A stretch of DNA of 63,997 nt, filler included, from Candidatus Babelota bacterium (GCA_017999075.1; 13 parts of 13 records of this genome joined end to end with filler, not necessarily neighbours in it); one strand, 5' to 3'; counted from the whole stretch's first letter, positions 50,273 through 61,679 are shown. Notes: generated by a model from the sequence alone, not told the origin. Translations and numbers: made by a program.

Positions 50273-50745
50273 ATTTCGGCTAATATTACAACATAATTTT
50301 TTCCATAAATTTTTGAGCATTTCGGACATGAAGTATAATAAAAATATATGTTTTTTATTTTTTTGTTTTTTGATAAAACATAATTTTTCATGTCGTTTAT
50401 CCATTTTCCCATATTTTGGTAGGAACCTTCATATACTTTACTTAAAAATTTTCCGGATATTCTTATTGTTTCAGCATCACCAATATTTTTTTTTACAGAA
50501 ATGAAAATATCAGATCCCCACAATGATTTTTCATTTGATAAAACAATAGTGTTTTCATCGATCGCATCCGCTTTTTTTATTTTTTCCATGTTTTTAATCA
50601 TTACTTTTCCGAAATTCAGTGGAATATGAAAAAAACTTATAACTTTATCTTTTAAAAATAATTTATCATTCCATATTATTTCTTTTTCATTCCACGGTTC
50701 AGGATTAAATTCAGGACAGCAATTTGTTTTTGTTGAATTATTCAT
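50269..50745 (-). CDS. Conserved hypothetical protein (GyrI-like fold; often annotated 'hydrolase')
   Basis: CCP.F.P..W, FFHIP.N, YEG.Y and YTSCPKC.K.YGKNYVV motifs. Confidence 0.65.
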   Translation of the reverse strand: MNNSTKTNCCPEFNPEPWNEKEIIWNDKLFLKDKVISFFHIPLNFGKVMIKNMEKIKKADAIDENTIVLSNEKSLWGSDIFISVKKNIGDAETIRISGKFLSKVYEGSYQNMGKWINDMKNYVLSKNKKIKNIYFYYTSCPKCSKIYGKNYVVILAEI

Positions 50746-50793
50746 AATTTTGTTTCCTTATGTTTTTAAAATTTAATATTTTACTGTTTTTTA

Positions 50794-51636
50794 TCAACCT
50801 AATTCAAAACTTGTAATTCCGAATATTTTTTTTATTGGTAAATCAGGAATATATTTATTATACATTCTTGCTGTTGCGAATATTTTTTGCATTTTATATT
50901 TGTTAACTAATTTTACAGCATTTTCATTTATTTCAGGTATGTCTAAAAAAAATTTTTCATTTTTTATTTTTGAAATAAGAACGTTGAAAATCAACTCGGC
51001 TATTTCAAAATTTTCTGCGAATAATGGACCTATTTTATAACCTATTCTGCATTTTCTAATTATGCCGTAACCTTTTATTTGATTTTTTTCCATATAGGCA
51101 TACCCCATACTTGCTTGTAAATTAATCCAATTTTTTAAAAATAAAGGTCTTGAGACTGGGAAAAAATTATTATCAAATTTAAGCAATTCAGGAAAATCAA
51201 TATCATAAATTTCTGTTAATTGACTTGGACAAATTTGAATATTATTACTGAGTCCTTCATACCGTGCATTTTTATAGGCAAATTTAAAACCGAAATATTC
51301 GTAATTTTTGACTTTTTGTAAAACTCCGTCTATTCCTATGTTTCTTTCACCAAGATACTCCATAGCTGATTTCCCGAGTTTAACTCCTATTATATGACCG
51401 CGAAGTTCTTTTTTTACAATATAAAATCCGATAAATCCGAAATTGTTTCCATAGGCGACTGATGATATTACTCCTGCAGAAACTCCATTGAGTTCAGCAA
51501 TAAAATATCCTTCAGGGTCAGTGTTAAAAAAGGTTTCGGCGTCATACAAACCCGGATTCCAACCTTCGCCTGCTGCCATATTAATTGCCACGTCCATATC
51601 AGGTCTTTTCATTTTTCTGATTATAAGATTATTCAT
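50794..51636 (-). CDS. GNAT N-acetyltransferase (tandem, YitH-like)
   Basis: A..EGWNPG..D, FIGFYIV....RG, KIGPLFA, FGITSFELG. Confidence 0.88.
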   Translation of the reverse strand: MNNLIIRKMKRPDMDVAINMAAGEGWNPGLYDAETFFNTDPEGYFIAELNGVSAGVISSVAYGNNFGFIGFYIVKKELRGHIIGVKLGKSAMEYLGERNIGIDGVLQKVKNYEYFGFKFAYKNARYEGLSNNIQICPSQLTEIYDIDFPELLKFDNNFFPVSRPLFLKNWINLQASMGYAYMEKNQIKGYGIIRKCRIGYKIGPLFAENFEIAELIFNVLISKIKNEKFFLDIPEINENAVKLVNKYKMQKIFATARMYNKYIPDLPIKKIFGITSFELG

Positions 51637-51722
51637 TTTTTGTTCTCCATCGAACTTTATTATTTTTTATATTATATAAAATTTAAAAAAAATAAATAAT
51701 GAATTTTTGTTAAAAAATTATA

Positions 51723-54185
51723 TCAATCTACAAAAAAATAATGTGTTTTACTTGTAATCCCTGCTTGAGGAATTTTTACATAAACAGAATGAGACCCTTT
51801 AGATAGTTTCCATCTTGCTGAATATGGATAAGAAACCAATTTGAAAGGTTTGTTATCTATATACCATATAACTTCTGATGAAGCTGGTTCTACGGTTGTT
51901 TTCAAAGCTATTGTCCTGAATTCTTCTGGAGTGTCTTGATCAATGAATATTTTTGTTTGATTAGCAGGTTCGTTTATAATAATGTTATTTTTAGAATTTG
52001 AAGTTTGAAAATTTTGGTTTTCGTTTGGATGATTTTGAATTTTGTATTCTAAAGGATATAAAGCAAATCCGGATGATTTAGCCCAATCAGCGAATTTTTC
52101 AGGGAAAACAGTGTAAATTTTTATTTGTTTAAATTGTTCAGGGCAATCTTTATCAGCAGGCATACCTGTGCGTAAATCTATTATTATTTTTTTATGAATA
52201 TCGCAGCTTGATTCAGGAATATTTTTTTTATTAAACCATTCACAAACTGAAGACTGGCAATCAGGAGATTTGAGTTTTCCTGATAGCAGACAGATGTTGC
52301 GTTTTATATAATTTTCAGGTTCAGGAAAAGATTTATTATTTAATGAATATAAATCTTTTTTATGTAATACCGGCATAATTTTGTTTAAAAGTTCAGCCGC
52401 AGAATTTTCTCCTGTAAGCTTATTCATTTGTGAATTATTTTTTGTTCCCAACCATATGCTTATTATGAATTTGTCTGTGTATGCGCATACAAGAGCGTCT
52501 CTGTATCCGTTTGAAGTTCCGGTTTTAACGGCTACAGGAAAATTATATTCAAGATTTCCCAACCGTTCAAATGTAGGAATCCGCGCTAACGGATCAGATA
52601 AAAATAATGTTATTTGTCTTGCTGTGTTTTTATCAATTATTTGAAATTCTTCTTTTGATTCATACATTTCAAAAAACGAAGCGCTGAATTTTTTCCCGTC
52701 ATTTGCAAGTATTCCGTATCCGTTTAATAATTTTTCGAGTGTGGTGTATAATCCCCCTACAGCAAGACTTAATCCGCTTGTTTTTACTTGTTCAACGTTA
52801 TCAATGATTCCGAATTTTAACAAGTAGCAGCCTATTTTATCCAGTCCCACCGAATTTACAATTTCTATTGCAGGAATGTTTCGGCTGTTGCCGAGAGCTG
52901 CTCTGTATGTTATCGGTCCTAAAAAATTTCTATTATAATTCTGCGGGGCATAAATTCCATTTTTTAAAGTTAGTATTAAGCCGATATCATTCAATATTGA
53001 AGCTCCGGAATAATTTTTTTCTATCATTCCTGCTGCATATATGAAAGGTTTCAAACTGCTTCCTGGAGAATGAGGTATTAAATTATAATTTATAGCGCCT
53101 GAATAAAATTCATCATAATAATCTGCAGAACCCACATAAACTTTTATTCCGCCTGTATTTTTGTCTGCAATGATTAAAGAACAATTTTCTGCTCCCGCAT
53201 TTCTGAATTTTTCTATTTCCGTTTTAACTGTATAATCAATTTCTTTCTGTAAATCAAAATCCAAACTTGAATTAATGGAATATTTAGGGGAAGAAGAACT
53301 TTCGATGTTTTTTAATATGGTGTCGTAATTCTTATCAAGATATTTTTTCATTTCAAGTATAGGATGAATCATAATAATATTTCGCGTTAAAGCCGGCGGC
53401 CGGATAAAATTATTTAAATCTGATACAGCAACATTGTAATCGTCAGCAGTTATTTCTTTATTATTAAAAAGTTTTTTTAAAATTATTTTTGCCCTGCTAA
53501 CAGTTTTAACTAATCCTTTGCTTGAATATAAATTATATTTTGCAGGAGATTTGGGGATCGCGGCAAGCAATGCTGATTCTGACAATGTCAGGTCTTCAAT
53601 CGGTTTGTTGAAATAAATTTTAGAAGCAAATTTAACTCCATAAATTCTTGGACCAAATGGAGATATAGTTAAATATTGATTCAATATATTGAGATGTCCA
53701 AATTTTAAAATTAGCCTTATTGCAGTAACAGCTTCAATTAATTTATTGAAATAATTTCTTGAAGAAGAAGACTGCATACGGGCTATCTGCATTGGTATTG
53801 TCGAAGCTCCTGATACTATTGACGCTGATTTTATATTTGAATATAATGCGCGGAATAATGCGCCGGCATCCACACCAGAGTGATTGAAAAAACGACTATC
53901 TTCAGCGGCAAGGATTGTTTTTTTTAATCGTTCAGGAACATTTCCCTTAACTTTCCAGTAGCCCTGCTCATTATCATTTTTTGAATATATGAATAAATGA
54001 AGATTATTTTTGTCGCATACTAAAAAAGACGGAGATTTATTTATTAATTTTATTTTATCTGATATAAATGAAAATAATGCGGCTGATAAAATCATTGCTG
54101 AAAAAATTATAAACAATACAAATAATGCTATGATTTTATTCAGAGAATGATTTAAATAAAAAAAGTATTTTTTTTTAATATTCAT
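51723..54185 (-). CDS. pbpC: Penicillin-binding protein 1C
   Basis: Transglycosylase (EDSRFF.H.GVD, GASTI.MQ.AR); transpeptidase (SSLK, SRN, KTG); BiPBP_C-like tail. Confidence 0.88.
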   Translation of the reverse strand: MNIKKKYFFYLNHSLNKIIALFVLFIIFSAMILSAALFSFISDKIKLINKSPSFLVCDKNNLHLFIYSKNDNEQGYWKVKGNVPERLKKTILAAEDSRFFNHSGVDAGALFRALYSNIKSASIVSGASTIPMQIARMQSSSSRNYFNKLIEAVTAIRLILKFGHLNILNQYLTISPFGPRIYGVKFASKIYFNKPIEDLTLSESALLAAIPKSPAKYNLYSSKGLVKTVSRAKIILKKLFNNKEITADDYNVAVSDLNNFIRPPALTRNIIMIHPILEMKKYLDKNYDTILKNIESSSSPKYSINSSLDFDLQKEIDYTVKTEIEKFRNAGAENCSLIIADKNTGGIKVYVGSADYYDEFYSGAINYNLIPHSPGSSLKPFIYAAGMIEKNYSGASILNDIGLILTLKNGIYAPQNYNRNFLGPITYRAALGNSRNIPAIEIVNSVGLDKIGCYLLKFGIIDNVEQVKTSGLSLAVGGLYTTLEKLLNGYGILANDGKKFSASFFEMYESKEEFQIIDKNTARQITLFLSDPLARIPTFERLGNLEYNFPVAVKTGTSNGYRDALVCAYTDKFIISIWLGTKNNSQMNKLTGENSAAELLNKIMPVLHKKDLYSLNNKSFPEPENYIKRNICLLSGKLKSPDCQSSVCEWFNKKNIPESSCDIHKKIIIDLRTGMPADKDCPEQFKQIKIYTVFPEKFADWAKSSGFALYPLEYKIQNHPNENQNFQTSNSKNNIIINEPANQTKIFIDQDTPEEFRTIALKTTVEPASSEVIWYIDNKPFKLVSYPYSARWKLSKGSHSVYVKIPQAGITSKTHYFFVD

Positions 54186-54436
54186 TGTTTAAAATGAATT
54201 TTTATGTTTGTTTGGACTACTGCAAATCGCTGAATTTTTGATGTAATTCTTCTTCAGTGTATTTGCCTATGGATTCAGAAGTTATAATTTTTTTTATGTC
54301 TTTTAAAGTTTCAGCTTTGTCAATATCAGATACGTCNNNNNNNNNNNNNNNNNNNNNNNNNNNNNNNNNNNNNNNNNNNNTTAATTAATTAANNNNNNNN
54401 NNNNNNNNNNNNNNNNNNNNNNNNNNNNNNNNNNNN

Positions 54437-54789
54437 TGGACGCCAAGCTCTATTATTTTTACCTTGTATTGTTTTAAAAAAGATATTTTTTCATTGTCAA
54501 TATACTCAGGATAAGTTGAAATACGTATAACAGCGTTTTTTTCTTTAACAAAATCTATTACAGATTCTAAAAGTTTTTTTTGAAATTCAAAAGGAAGACC
54601 GGTAAAACTGCCTCCAAAAAATGCAAGTTCGGAAATAGTTCTGGTTTTACAGGATTCGATTTTATTTTTTATTTGCAGTTCTAAAGATTCGGAACTAAAT
54701 ATTCCTGTTATTTTTTTCTGATCGCAGAAAACGCATTTTTGTTTGCAGCCGTATTGCGGAATGAATATAGGGAGAATATGATTTTTCAT
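54437..54789 (-). CDS. Radical SAM protein (Elp3-like family), N-terminal part
   Basis: PIFIP..GCKQKCVFCDQ..ITG, AFFGGSFT, IELGV. Confidence 0.85.
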
Positions 54790-54878
54790 AATAAAATATA
54801 TTATTATGTTTTGACGGAATATTCAACCATAAAAGATAATAAGATGAAAATTCTGCGTTAACAGCAAGGAATGTTTTA

Positions 54879-56621
54879 TTATTTTATCAGCAGTTCTTTA
54901 TCAATAGAATATTTTTCATTTGAAATTGTTCTTATATCTTTTGACTGAACTTTATCGAGTTTTTCTGTTTTGATATAAAATAGTTTTTCATTTTCAATAT
55001 CGGATACGTTTTTAATGTGTTTTACTAATTTATCAAATCTCATTTGATATTGTCTGAAAAAATAAGATGTCAGTGAAGCTTCAATATGAATTTTAACTTT
55101 TTCTAAATGTTTATCCCTGATAATAACTGAAAAGTTTTCATATGCGGAAATTTTATCAGTTAAAATTTTGCAATTTTTTTTAAATTCGGAATGTTCAATG
55201 TTTATTGATAATATAGCGGCTTCAATTACCTGATCTGCGAGTTTATAAAGTTCAATTAAATCATTCATATCATCATTATCAAACCATATTCTGTTTTTTA
55301 TTTTTAATTTTGTGTATTCGATTATTTTTTCTATGTGATCGCCTATTCTTTCTATTTCTATAACAATCTGATTTACATATTGAGTCAGCATAGTCTGCCT
55401 TGAAGATAACCTTAATTCGTTTATTTCAATAAGATAATCAATTATAGCATTTTTAATTTTATCAATTGACTCTTCATATTTTTCAACTTCTATAAATCTG
55501 ATTTTATCCATTTTAACAAATGCGGCAATCGCCTGTTTTAACATTTTTTTTGAAATGCCGAGCATTCTTTCAACTTCTTTGACTGCTGATACAATTGCGC
55601 GTTCAGGAGTAATTATTAAATCATCATTTAAAAAAGTTCCTGAAATTTCCTGATCTTTTGATTTTATAATAAAATTAATGAATTTTATGAATGAATTATA
55701 AAAAATTAAAAAAATAACTGAATTCACTGTTTGTATTATAGTATGAGCGTTTGCTATTTCTCTCGTTATGTTATTTTGAGATATTAAAGGAATTATATAA
55801 TTATAAAAAGGATACATCAAAGCTGCAATAACAGCGCCTATTACGTTGAATAAAACATGAGACCAGGATGCTCTTTTTGCTTCAATATTTGTTCCTATTG
55901 CTCCTATAACAGTTACAACACATGTTCCTATATGCGCGCCTAATATAAGAGGAAAAACAAATTTGAAATCATTTATGACACCAGAAGAAGATAATGCAAA
56001 TAAAATTCCTATCATAGCTCCGCTGCTTTGCATAATACCCGTAAATACAGTTGAAACTGTTATTCCTAAAATCATACCTGAAACAGTTGAAGCATCCGTA
56101 GTTTTAAACATATTAAGAAAATATTCTGATTTTTTAAAAGGAGCTACCGCTTCTTTCATTACTTCTATCCCGAGAAATAAAATTCCGAATCCGATAAAAA
56201 GTTTTCCGAGATTTTTAACGGATTCGTTTTTTGAAAACATTTCAGTTAGAAAACCTATTGCAATAAGTAAAAAACAATATTTTCCTATATCAAACGAAAT
56301 TATCTGCATTGATAATGTTGTGCCTATATTAGCTCCAAGAGTTATTCCGAACGATTGAGAAAAATTAAGCAGACCGCTGTGAATAAATCCTACAGTCATT
56401 ACGGTTGCAGCTCCGCTGTGAATAAGAAATGAAACAATTGTTCCTATCAAAACGCTTTTTATTTTTGTTTTAGTTAATTTTGCAAGCCAGTTTCTTAATT
56501 TATTTCCGGCAACAGCTTCAAGGGAATGAGTCATAACTTTCATACCGAATATGAAAAGTCCTGCACCGCCTAATAATTGAAAAATTTCTAATAATATGTC
56601 TTTATTCATCTTAAAAATCAC
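54879..56621 (-). CDS. Na/Pi cotransporter family protein with PhoU-like C-terminus
   Basis: GANIGTT, QSSGA, GAHIGTC; ERIGDH in the PhoU-like domain. Confidence 0.9.
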   Translation of the reverse strand: MIFKMNKDILLEIFQLLGGAGLFIFGMKVMTHSLEAVAGNKLRNWLAKLTKTKIKSVLIGTIVSFLIHSGAATVMTVGFIHSGLLNFSQSFGITLGANIGTTLSMQIISFDIGKYCFLLIAIGFLTEMFSKNESVKNLGKLFIGFGILFLGIEVMKEAVAPFKKSEYFLNMFKTTDASTVSGMILGITVSTVFTGIMQSSGAMIGILFALSSSGVINDFKFVFPLILGAHIGTCVVTVIGAIGTNIEAKRASWSHVLFNVIGAVIAALMYPFYNYIIPLISQNNITREIANAHTIIQTVNSVIFLIFYNSFIKFINFIIKSKDQEISGTFLNDDLIITPERAIVSAVKEVERMLGISKKMLKQAIAAFVKMDKIRFIEVEKYEESIDKIKNAIIDYLIEINELRLSSRQTMLTQYVNQIVIEIERIGDHIEKIIEYTKLKIKNRIWFDNDDMNDLIELYKLADQVIEAAILSINIEHSEFKKNCKILTDKISAYENFSVIIRDKHLEKVKIHIEASLTSYFFRQYQMRFDKLVKHIKNVSDIENEKLFYIKTEKLDKVQSKDIRTISNEKYSIDKELLIK

Positions 56622-58662
56622 CTTTTAAAATATATGATATAGCAGCAAGATTTGAATTTATTGTTCTATAACAATTCAGCCAATCAAGGTAAACCGAAGA
56701 CGTGTTTACTACTTCGGGAATTTGTTTGCAAAGATTAGCATAATGTAATTTTTTTATTTCGTTTTCCAGTTTTACGCTTTCAGTTTTGCGTTTTATTATT
56801 TCGTCTGAAATATTCAGATTATCTTTTGCAAAAGATTCAAACAAATCTTTGTATAAACTTTCGGTAAAATTATGGAAATCTTTTAGTTTATTTAAATCTT
56901 CTTTGTGAAAATTCAAATTTTTATCAATGATTTTTTGGGCCAGAGGCATCATTTCTTTGTTAATAATATCTGCTATATGTTCAATATATTCAGTTATATA
57001 AAGATATCCGCGAATACGTTCTGATTCATCATAATTTACTTCTTTTTGCGTTATTTTTGACAGATATTCTTTTATAGAATCTTCTAAAAAATCTATTTTA
57101 TCGTCTTCTGCGATAATTTCATTTTTAAGGTTTTCATTTTTTTTTTCTAAAACGAGAATTGATTTATCAAGCATACTTTTTGTTTTGAATGCCATTCTTG
57201 CAATTTCATTTTTTGTAAGGTTAAGAGCTGTAGATGTCAGAACAAGCGCTTTTTCATCAAGATATTTGACTTTATAAGTTTCATTTTCTTTTTCAGGCAA
57301 TATCATCACGCATAATTTTGCAAGCTGTTTTGTAAAAGGAAGGGTTATTATTACAGCAATTATTTTTGAAATGGTATTTGCATTTGCAATTTGCCTTGGC
57401 ACAAATGCGCTTATTTCTGCCTGAGTAACTGCGTGTACTCCGCCGAATGAAGTATATTCTATTAATGTTTGAAATGCATCTAAAACAGGAAAGAAAATAA
57501 AAGTAGTTATTACGTTAAAAAGTATGTGAGCATACGCAGATCTTTTTGCTTCTCTTGACGAACCTAATGAAGCCAAAAATGCAGTTATACAAGTTCCTAT
57601 ATTTGCTCCGAATGTCAAAGGAAGCGCAGCTTTAAATGATAGTATTCCTTGAAATGCCAGTGATATGAATACTCCTATAGCTGCTCCGGATGATTGTATT
57701 AAAGCGGTAAACAGTGTTCCTACTAAAACCCCCAAAAAAGGATTTTCTAATTTTTGCATAAATTGAATAAAAGGTTCGTAACTTCTCATAGGATACATTA
57801 CATCAGAAATTATTTTTAATCCGTAAAACAAAAAACCAAGTCCAAGTATTATTTCCCCCAGATATTTTTTTTTATTTGTTTTTGATAAAAATATAATCAG
57901 AAAACCCATTGCTATAAGAAGTATCGCATAATCTGTTAATTTGAAAGCAACTATCTGTGGAGTTGTAGTGGCGCCTATATTTGCGCCAAGTATTATTCCT
58001 ATTGACTGAACCAGATTCATCACACCTGCGTTTATTAGACCTACTATTAAAACAGTAGTAGCTGAACTTGATTGAAATATTGTAGTTACAATAAATCCTA
58101 CTATTATTCCCATATATTTGTTGGAAGTAAGTTTTTTCAGGATTTCAGATAATTTGTCTCCACCTAATTTTGTCAAACTTTTTCCCATCATCGATAATCC
58201 GTAAATAAACATTGCAAGCCCGCCAAGCATGCCTATTATTATAAAAAACCACCAAGTTTTTGATTTTGCTTCGGCTTCAATTATTAAGTTGTTATCAGGA
58301 GTTAATTTTGAAGACGCTAATATATAGTAAACTCCTTCTTTGTCGCCCAATTTCAGTTTTATGTCTGCTGTTCCTTTTTCGTTTGTCAAAACTTCAGTTT
58401 GAGACAACTGGAAATTTTTAGCTTTATCAGGATGTTTTATTATCTTAAAATATATAGGTTCGTTCGCAATCGGCTTATTTTTGCAATCAGTTAATTTTAC
58501 AGATATTTCATTGTATATTTGTTCTGAAATAAATCCGCTGATTTTATCTTGCCCAGGACTGTAAGAAAAATTAGTTAACTTGTATGCAGTATCACTGTCT
58601 GCAAAAGCATAATATGCTGAAAAAATAAAAAATAAAAATATAAATGTAATTTTTTTATTCAT
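56611..58662 (-). CDS. Na/Pi cotransporter family protein with N-terminal Ig-like domain
   Basis: Signal peptide plus Big_1-like domain; QSSSATT, GANIG, QSSGA; PhoU-like tail. Confidence 0.9.
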   Translation of the reverse strand: MNKKITFIFLFFIFSAYYAFADSDTAYKLTNFSYSPGQDKISGFISEQIYNEISVKLTDCKNKPIANEPIYFKIIKHPDKAKNFQLSQTEVLTNEKGTADIKLKLGDKEGVYYILASSKLTPDNNLIIEAEAKSKTWWFFIIIGMLGGLAMFIYGLSMMGKSLTKLGGDKLSEILKKLTSNKYMGIIVGFIVTTIFQSSSATTVLIVGLINAGVMNLVQSIGIILGANIGATTTPQIVAFKLTDYAILLIAMGFLIIFLSKTNKKKYLGEIILGLGFLFYGLKIISDVMYPMRSYEPFIQFMQKLENPFLGVLVGTLFTALIQSSGAAIGVFISLAFQGILSFKAALPLTFGANIGTCITAFLASLGSSREAKRSAYAHILFNVITTFIFFPVLDAFQTLIEYTSFGGVHAVTQAEISAFVPRQIANANTISKIIAVIITLPFTKQLAKLCVMILPEKENETYKVKYLDEKALVLTSTALNLTKNEIARMAFKTKSMLDKSILVLEKKNENLKNEIIAEDDKIDFLEDSIKEYLSKITQKEVNYDESERIRGYLYITEYIEHIADIINKEMMPLAQKIIDKNLNFHKEDLNKLKDFHNFTESLYKDLFESFAKDNLNISDEIIKRKTESVKLENEIKKLHYANLCKQIPEVVNTSSVYLDWLNCYRTINSNLAAISYILKGDF

Positions 58663-58768
58663 ATAATATTTTCCTTTTTTAATTTCGTAATTTGTAAAAC
58701 GTAATAATCATTAAATTTTCAAAATAATCAATAAAAAAGTTTTTTATGAAATGTTTTAATTTTAACTT

Positions 58769-59190
58769 CTAAATATTACTTGAAATAAGTATTTTGTTCA
58801 TGTTGTTATTAATCATTTCGTTTTGTTCTGATATGATTTTTAAATTATGAAAATATTCTGAAAACCAAACTATTTTTTCGGAAGAATCTATGCGTTCTGA
58901 AGAAATGTATGAAAAATAGTTTTCTTTGAATTGTTTGAAAAGAAGCTGATTGTTAGTTAAAATTTCTCTTGAATATTTTATATTGTTCAGGTATTCTTCG
59001 AAAAAACAATTAAAATTTTTTATTATTTCTGTTTCAATATTAAATAATTTTAATAATTTTGGACCGAATTGATTTATATGAGTACATCCAATAATTGAAT
59101 CAAATATGTTTTTTAATCTGTAATTTATAGAAAACAAGTCCTGCCAGTAAAAAGGAAGAGATTGTTTTTGATTAAAATAATTATTTATAG
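58769..59190 (-). CDS. Hypothetical protein, 5' truncated
   Basis: Open frame near the contig edge; no recognised motif. Confidence 0.4.
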
Positions 59191-59290
59191 NNNNNNNNNN
59201 NNNNNNNNNNNNNNNNNNNNNNNNNNNNNNNNNNTTAATTAATTAANNNNNNNNNNNNNNNNNNNNNNNNNNNNNNNNNNNNNNNNNNNN

Positions 59291-59413
59291 ACCTATATTC
59301 GACACTATAGACATAAGACGCAAGCTTTCTGTTAATTCTTTCAAATTATTTTTATTTTGCGGTTCAGGTTCAGTGTTTTTCGGATGATTATCTTTCATAT
59401 CCAGATCAGTCAT
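59291..59413 (-). CDS. N-terminal fragment of a small protein, possibly AtpZ/AtpI-like
   Basis: MTDLDMKDNHPKNTEPEPQNKNNLKELTESLRLMSIVSNIG, abutting the dnaJ stop; truncated by contig end. Confidence 0.35.
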
Positions 59414-60559
59414 TTATTTAAACACATCCTTTATTCTATCGATAATCGATTTATTATCTTCATTTGTTTCTATTGATTTTCCTTTATATAAATCATGTAA
59501 TTTTAAAATTAATTCTTTTTCTTCAGAACCTAATTTTTGCGGAACAGCCACAACTACTTCTATAAGTAAATCACCGGTTCCATAACCATGAATATCAGGA
59601 ATACCTTTACCTTTAATTTTAAATATTTTCCCACTTGGCGTTCCCTGAGGAATTTTGAGTTTTAACTGTTTTTTATCTAATATCTCAATAATAACTTCAT
59701 CGCCGAGTACAGCCTGCGGATACGTTACAGCAGCCTGCATAATTAAATCATTATTATGTCTTGAAAACTTCTTATGTTCTTCAACATTTATAAAAACATA
59801 AAGGTCTCCGTAAGGTCCGTCGTTTTTTCCAGCGTTCCCTTCACTTCTGACTTTTAATTGCTGGCCGCTTTCAACTCCTGCAGGAATCTTAACAGATATT
59901 TTTCTTTCTTTTTGAGTCATTCCGGTTCCATTACATTTTTTGCAAGGGGAAGTTATAACTTTTCCTTCGCCGTGGCAATTAGGACACGTTCTACTTATTG
60001 AAAAAAATCCTTGCCTCTGCTGAACCTGTCCTGCACCGCCGCAAAGTTTACATGTTTCTGATTTCGACCCTGGCTGAGAACCGCTTCCGTTACATGGATC
60101 GCATTTATCATATCTTTTATATTCTACTGTTTTTTCGCATCCAAATGCTGCTTCTTCAAGAGTTATTGAAATATTATATCGCAAATCATCTCCGCGGAAT
60201 ACCCTGTTTTTCCCTTTTCCTCTACGGCCTCCTGCTCCAAACAAATCCTCGAATAAATCACCGAACCCGCCGAGTCCTTCAAACAAATCCTCAAACCCGC
60301 TGAAATTAGCGTTTGTCCAGCCTCCTGTTCCTCCTTCAAAAGCTGCATGACCATATTGATCATACTGCTGTCTTTTCTGCGGATCAGATAAAATCTGATA
60401 TGCTTCTGTAGCTTCCTTAAACATATCTTCTGACTTTTTGTCACCTGGGTTTTTATCAGGATGATATTTTACCGCAAGCTTTCTGTATGCTTTTTTTATT
60501 TCATCTGCAGGAGTAGATTTTGTAACTCCGAGTACTTCGTAATAATCTCTTTTACTCAT
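59414..60559 (-). CDS. dnaJ: Chaperone DnaJ
   Basis: J domain with HPD, G/F-rich region, four CxxCxGxG repeats, C-terminal domain. Confidence 0.97.
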   Translation of the reverse strand: MSKRDYYEVLGVTKSTPADEIKKAYRKLAVKYHPDKNPGDKKSEDMFKEATEAYQILSDPQKRQQYDQYGHAAFEGGTGGWTNANFSGFEDLFEGLGGFGDLFEDLFGAGGRRGKGKNRVFRGDDLRYNISITLEEAAFGCEKTVEYKRYDKCDPCNGSGSQPGSKSETCKLCGGAGQVQQRQGFFSISRTCPNCHGEGKVITSPCKKCNGTGMTQKERKISVKIPAGVESGQQLKVRSEGNAGKNDGPYGDLYVFINVEEHKKFSRHNNDLIMQAAVTYPQAVLGDEVIIEILDKKQLKLKIPQGTPSGKIFKIKGKGIPDIHGYGTGDLLIEVVVAVPQKLGSEEKELILKLHDLYKGKSIETNEDNKSIIDRIKDVFK

Positions 60560-60764
60560 AAATTGATTTTCAACCGCCTGTTAAAATTCTTGATTTTTAA
60601 ATTTTTCAACTAAATAGATATAATAAACGATTTTATCTAAAGTGTCAATAAAAAGTTAAAAATTGAAATAATAAAATCATATTATCTCAAAAAATTATTT
60701 AAAATTTCATATTCGCAAGGTAATTCTGACTCAGTTATTATGTTTTTTTTTGGAAATAATTACA

Positions 60765-61679
60765 TTACACGTCAATTGCGCATCTGAAGCCTATACGGTT
60801 ATCCGATATGTTCGGATCCACAGGATTCCTGAAATTATTATCGCATTCTGACTCCGGACTGCTCCAACAGCCCCCTTTTGTAACTTTACACTTATACCCT
60901 GACTTTTTGATTGATTTAAAATTTTTCGGGTATGGCAAATACCAGTTATCCGTCCATTCCCATATCAATCCCGTCATATAATATATGTTAAAAAAGTTTT
61001 TATATGTAGTTGTATTTAACCTATGGTAAATCCAATTTTTGGGTTGGTTGAAAATACAACCTGTTAGTTTTTTCCCTGAAAAATATTTATTTTGTTCAGG
61101 ACCGGCAGAAGCGTAATACCATTCAAATTCAGAGGGAAGCCTTTTCCCTATTTTTTTTGAATAAATTGCGGCCTGATTCCAAGTTATTCCCCTCACAGGT
61201 TCATCAAAAAATTTATATTCTGAAATATTTGCCGCAAATTCAGGACATAGTTCAATAAATGATTTAACATTAACAGGCATTGAATCTATATAAAAATTTT
61301 TAATAAAAACATTGTAAGACTGTTGACAACCTCTATTTTCTTTTTTGTCGCATAATGTCACTTGACTGTTTGGCACAAAAACCATATTGTTGCGCCTGAA
61401 TTTATAAATAAAATTTTTTAATTCAATAAATTTAATTTTATACTCATTATTATTTTTTAAATCAGCATTATTCGCTTCCAGTTCTTTAATACAAGATTCT
61501 GCTTCAATGATTTCTGAAAAAGTTATATCGTTTCTGTAAATAAATGAAGCGATATTATCAAGAAAAATATTTATTTCTTTTTTATTATTTATAGGAAATA
61601 GATCCGATGTTTTTTTTAATTTGCCAATTCCGCGATGTCTTAAATAATCAGATAAAAAAACATTAAACTTGCTATTCAT
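60765..61679 (-). CDS. Formylglycine-generating enzyme (SUMF1/FGE-sulfatase) domain protein
   Basis: PV..ITW..A..Y....GKRLP.E.EW, M.G..WEWT..WY, KGG.W, IGFRC. Confidence 0.88.
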   Translation of the reverse strand: MNSKFNVFLSDYLRHRGIGKLKKTSDLFPINNKKEINIFLDNIASFIYRNDITFSEIIEAESCIKELEANNADLKNNNEYKIKFIELKNFIYKFRRNNMVFVPNSQVTLCDKKENRGCQQSYNVFIKNFYIDSMPVNVKSFIELCPEFAANISEYKFFDEPVRGITWNQAAIYSKKIGKRLPSEFEWYYASAGPEQNKYFSGKKLTGCIFNQPKNWIYHRLNTTTYKNFFNIYYMTGLIWEWTDNWYLPYPKNFKSIKKSGYKCKVTKGGCWSSPESECDNNFRNPVDPNISDNRIGFRCAIDV

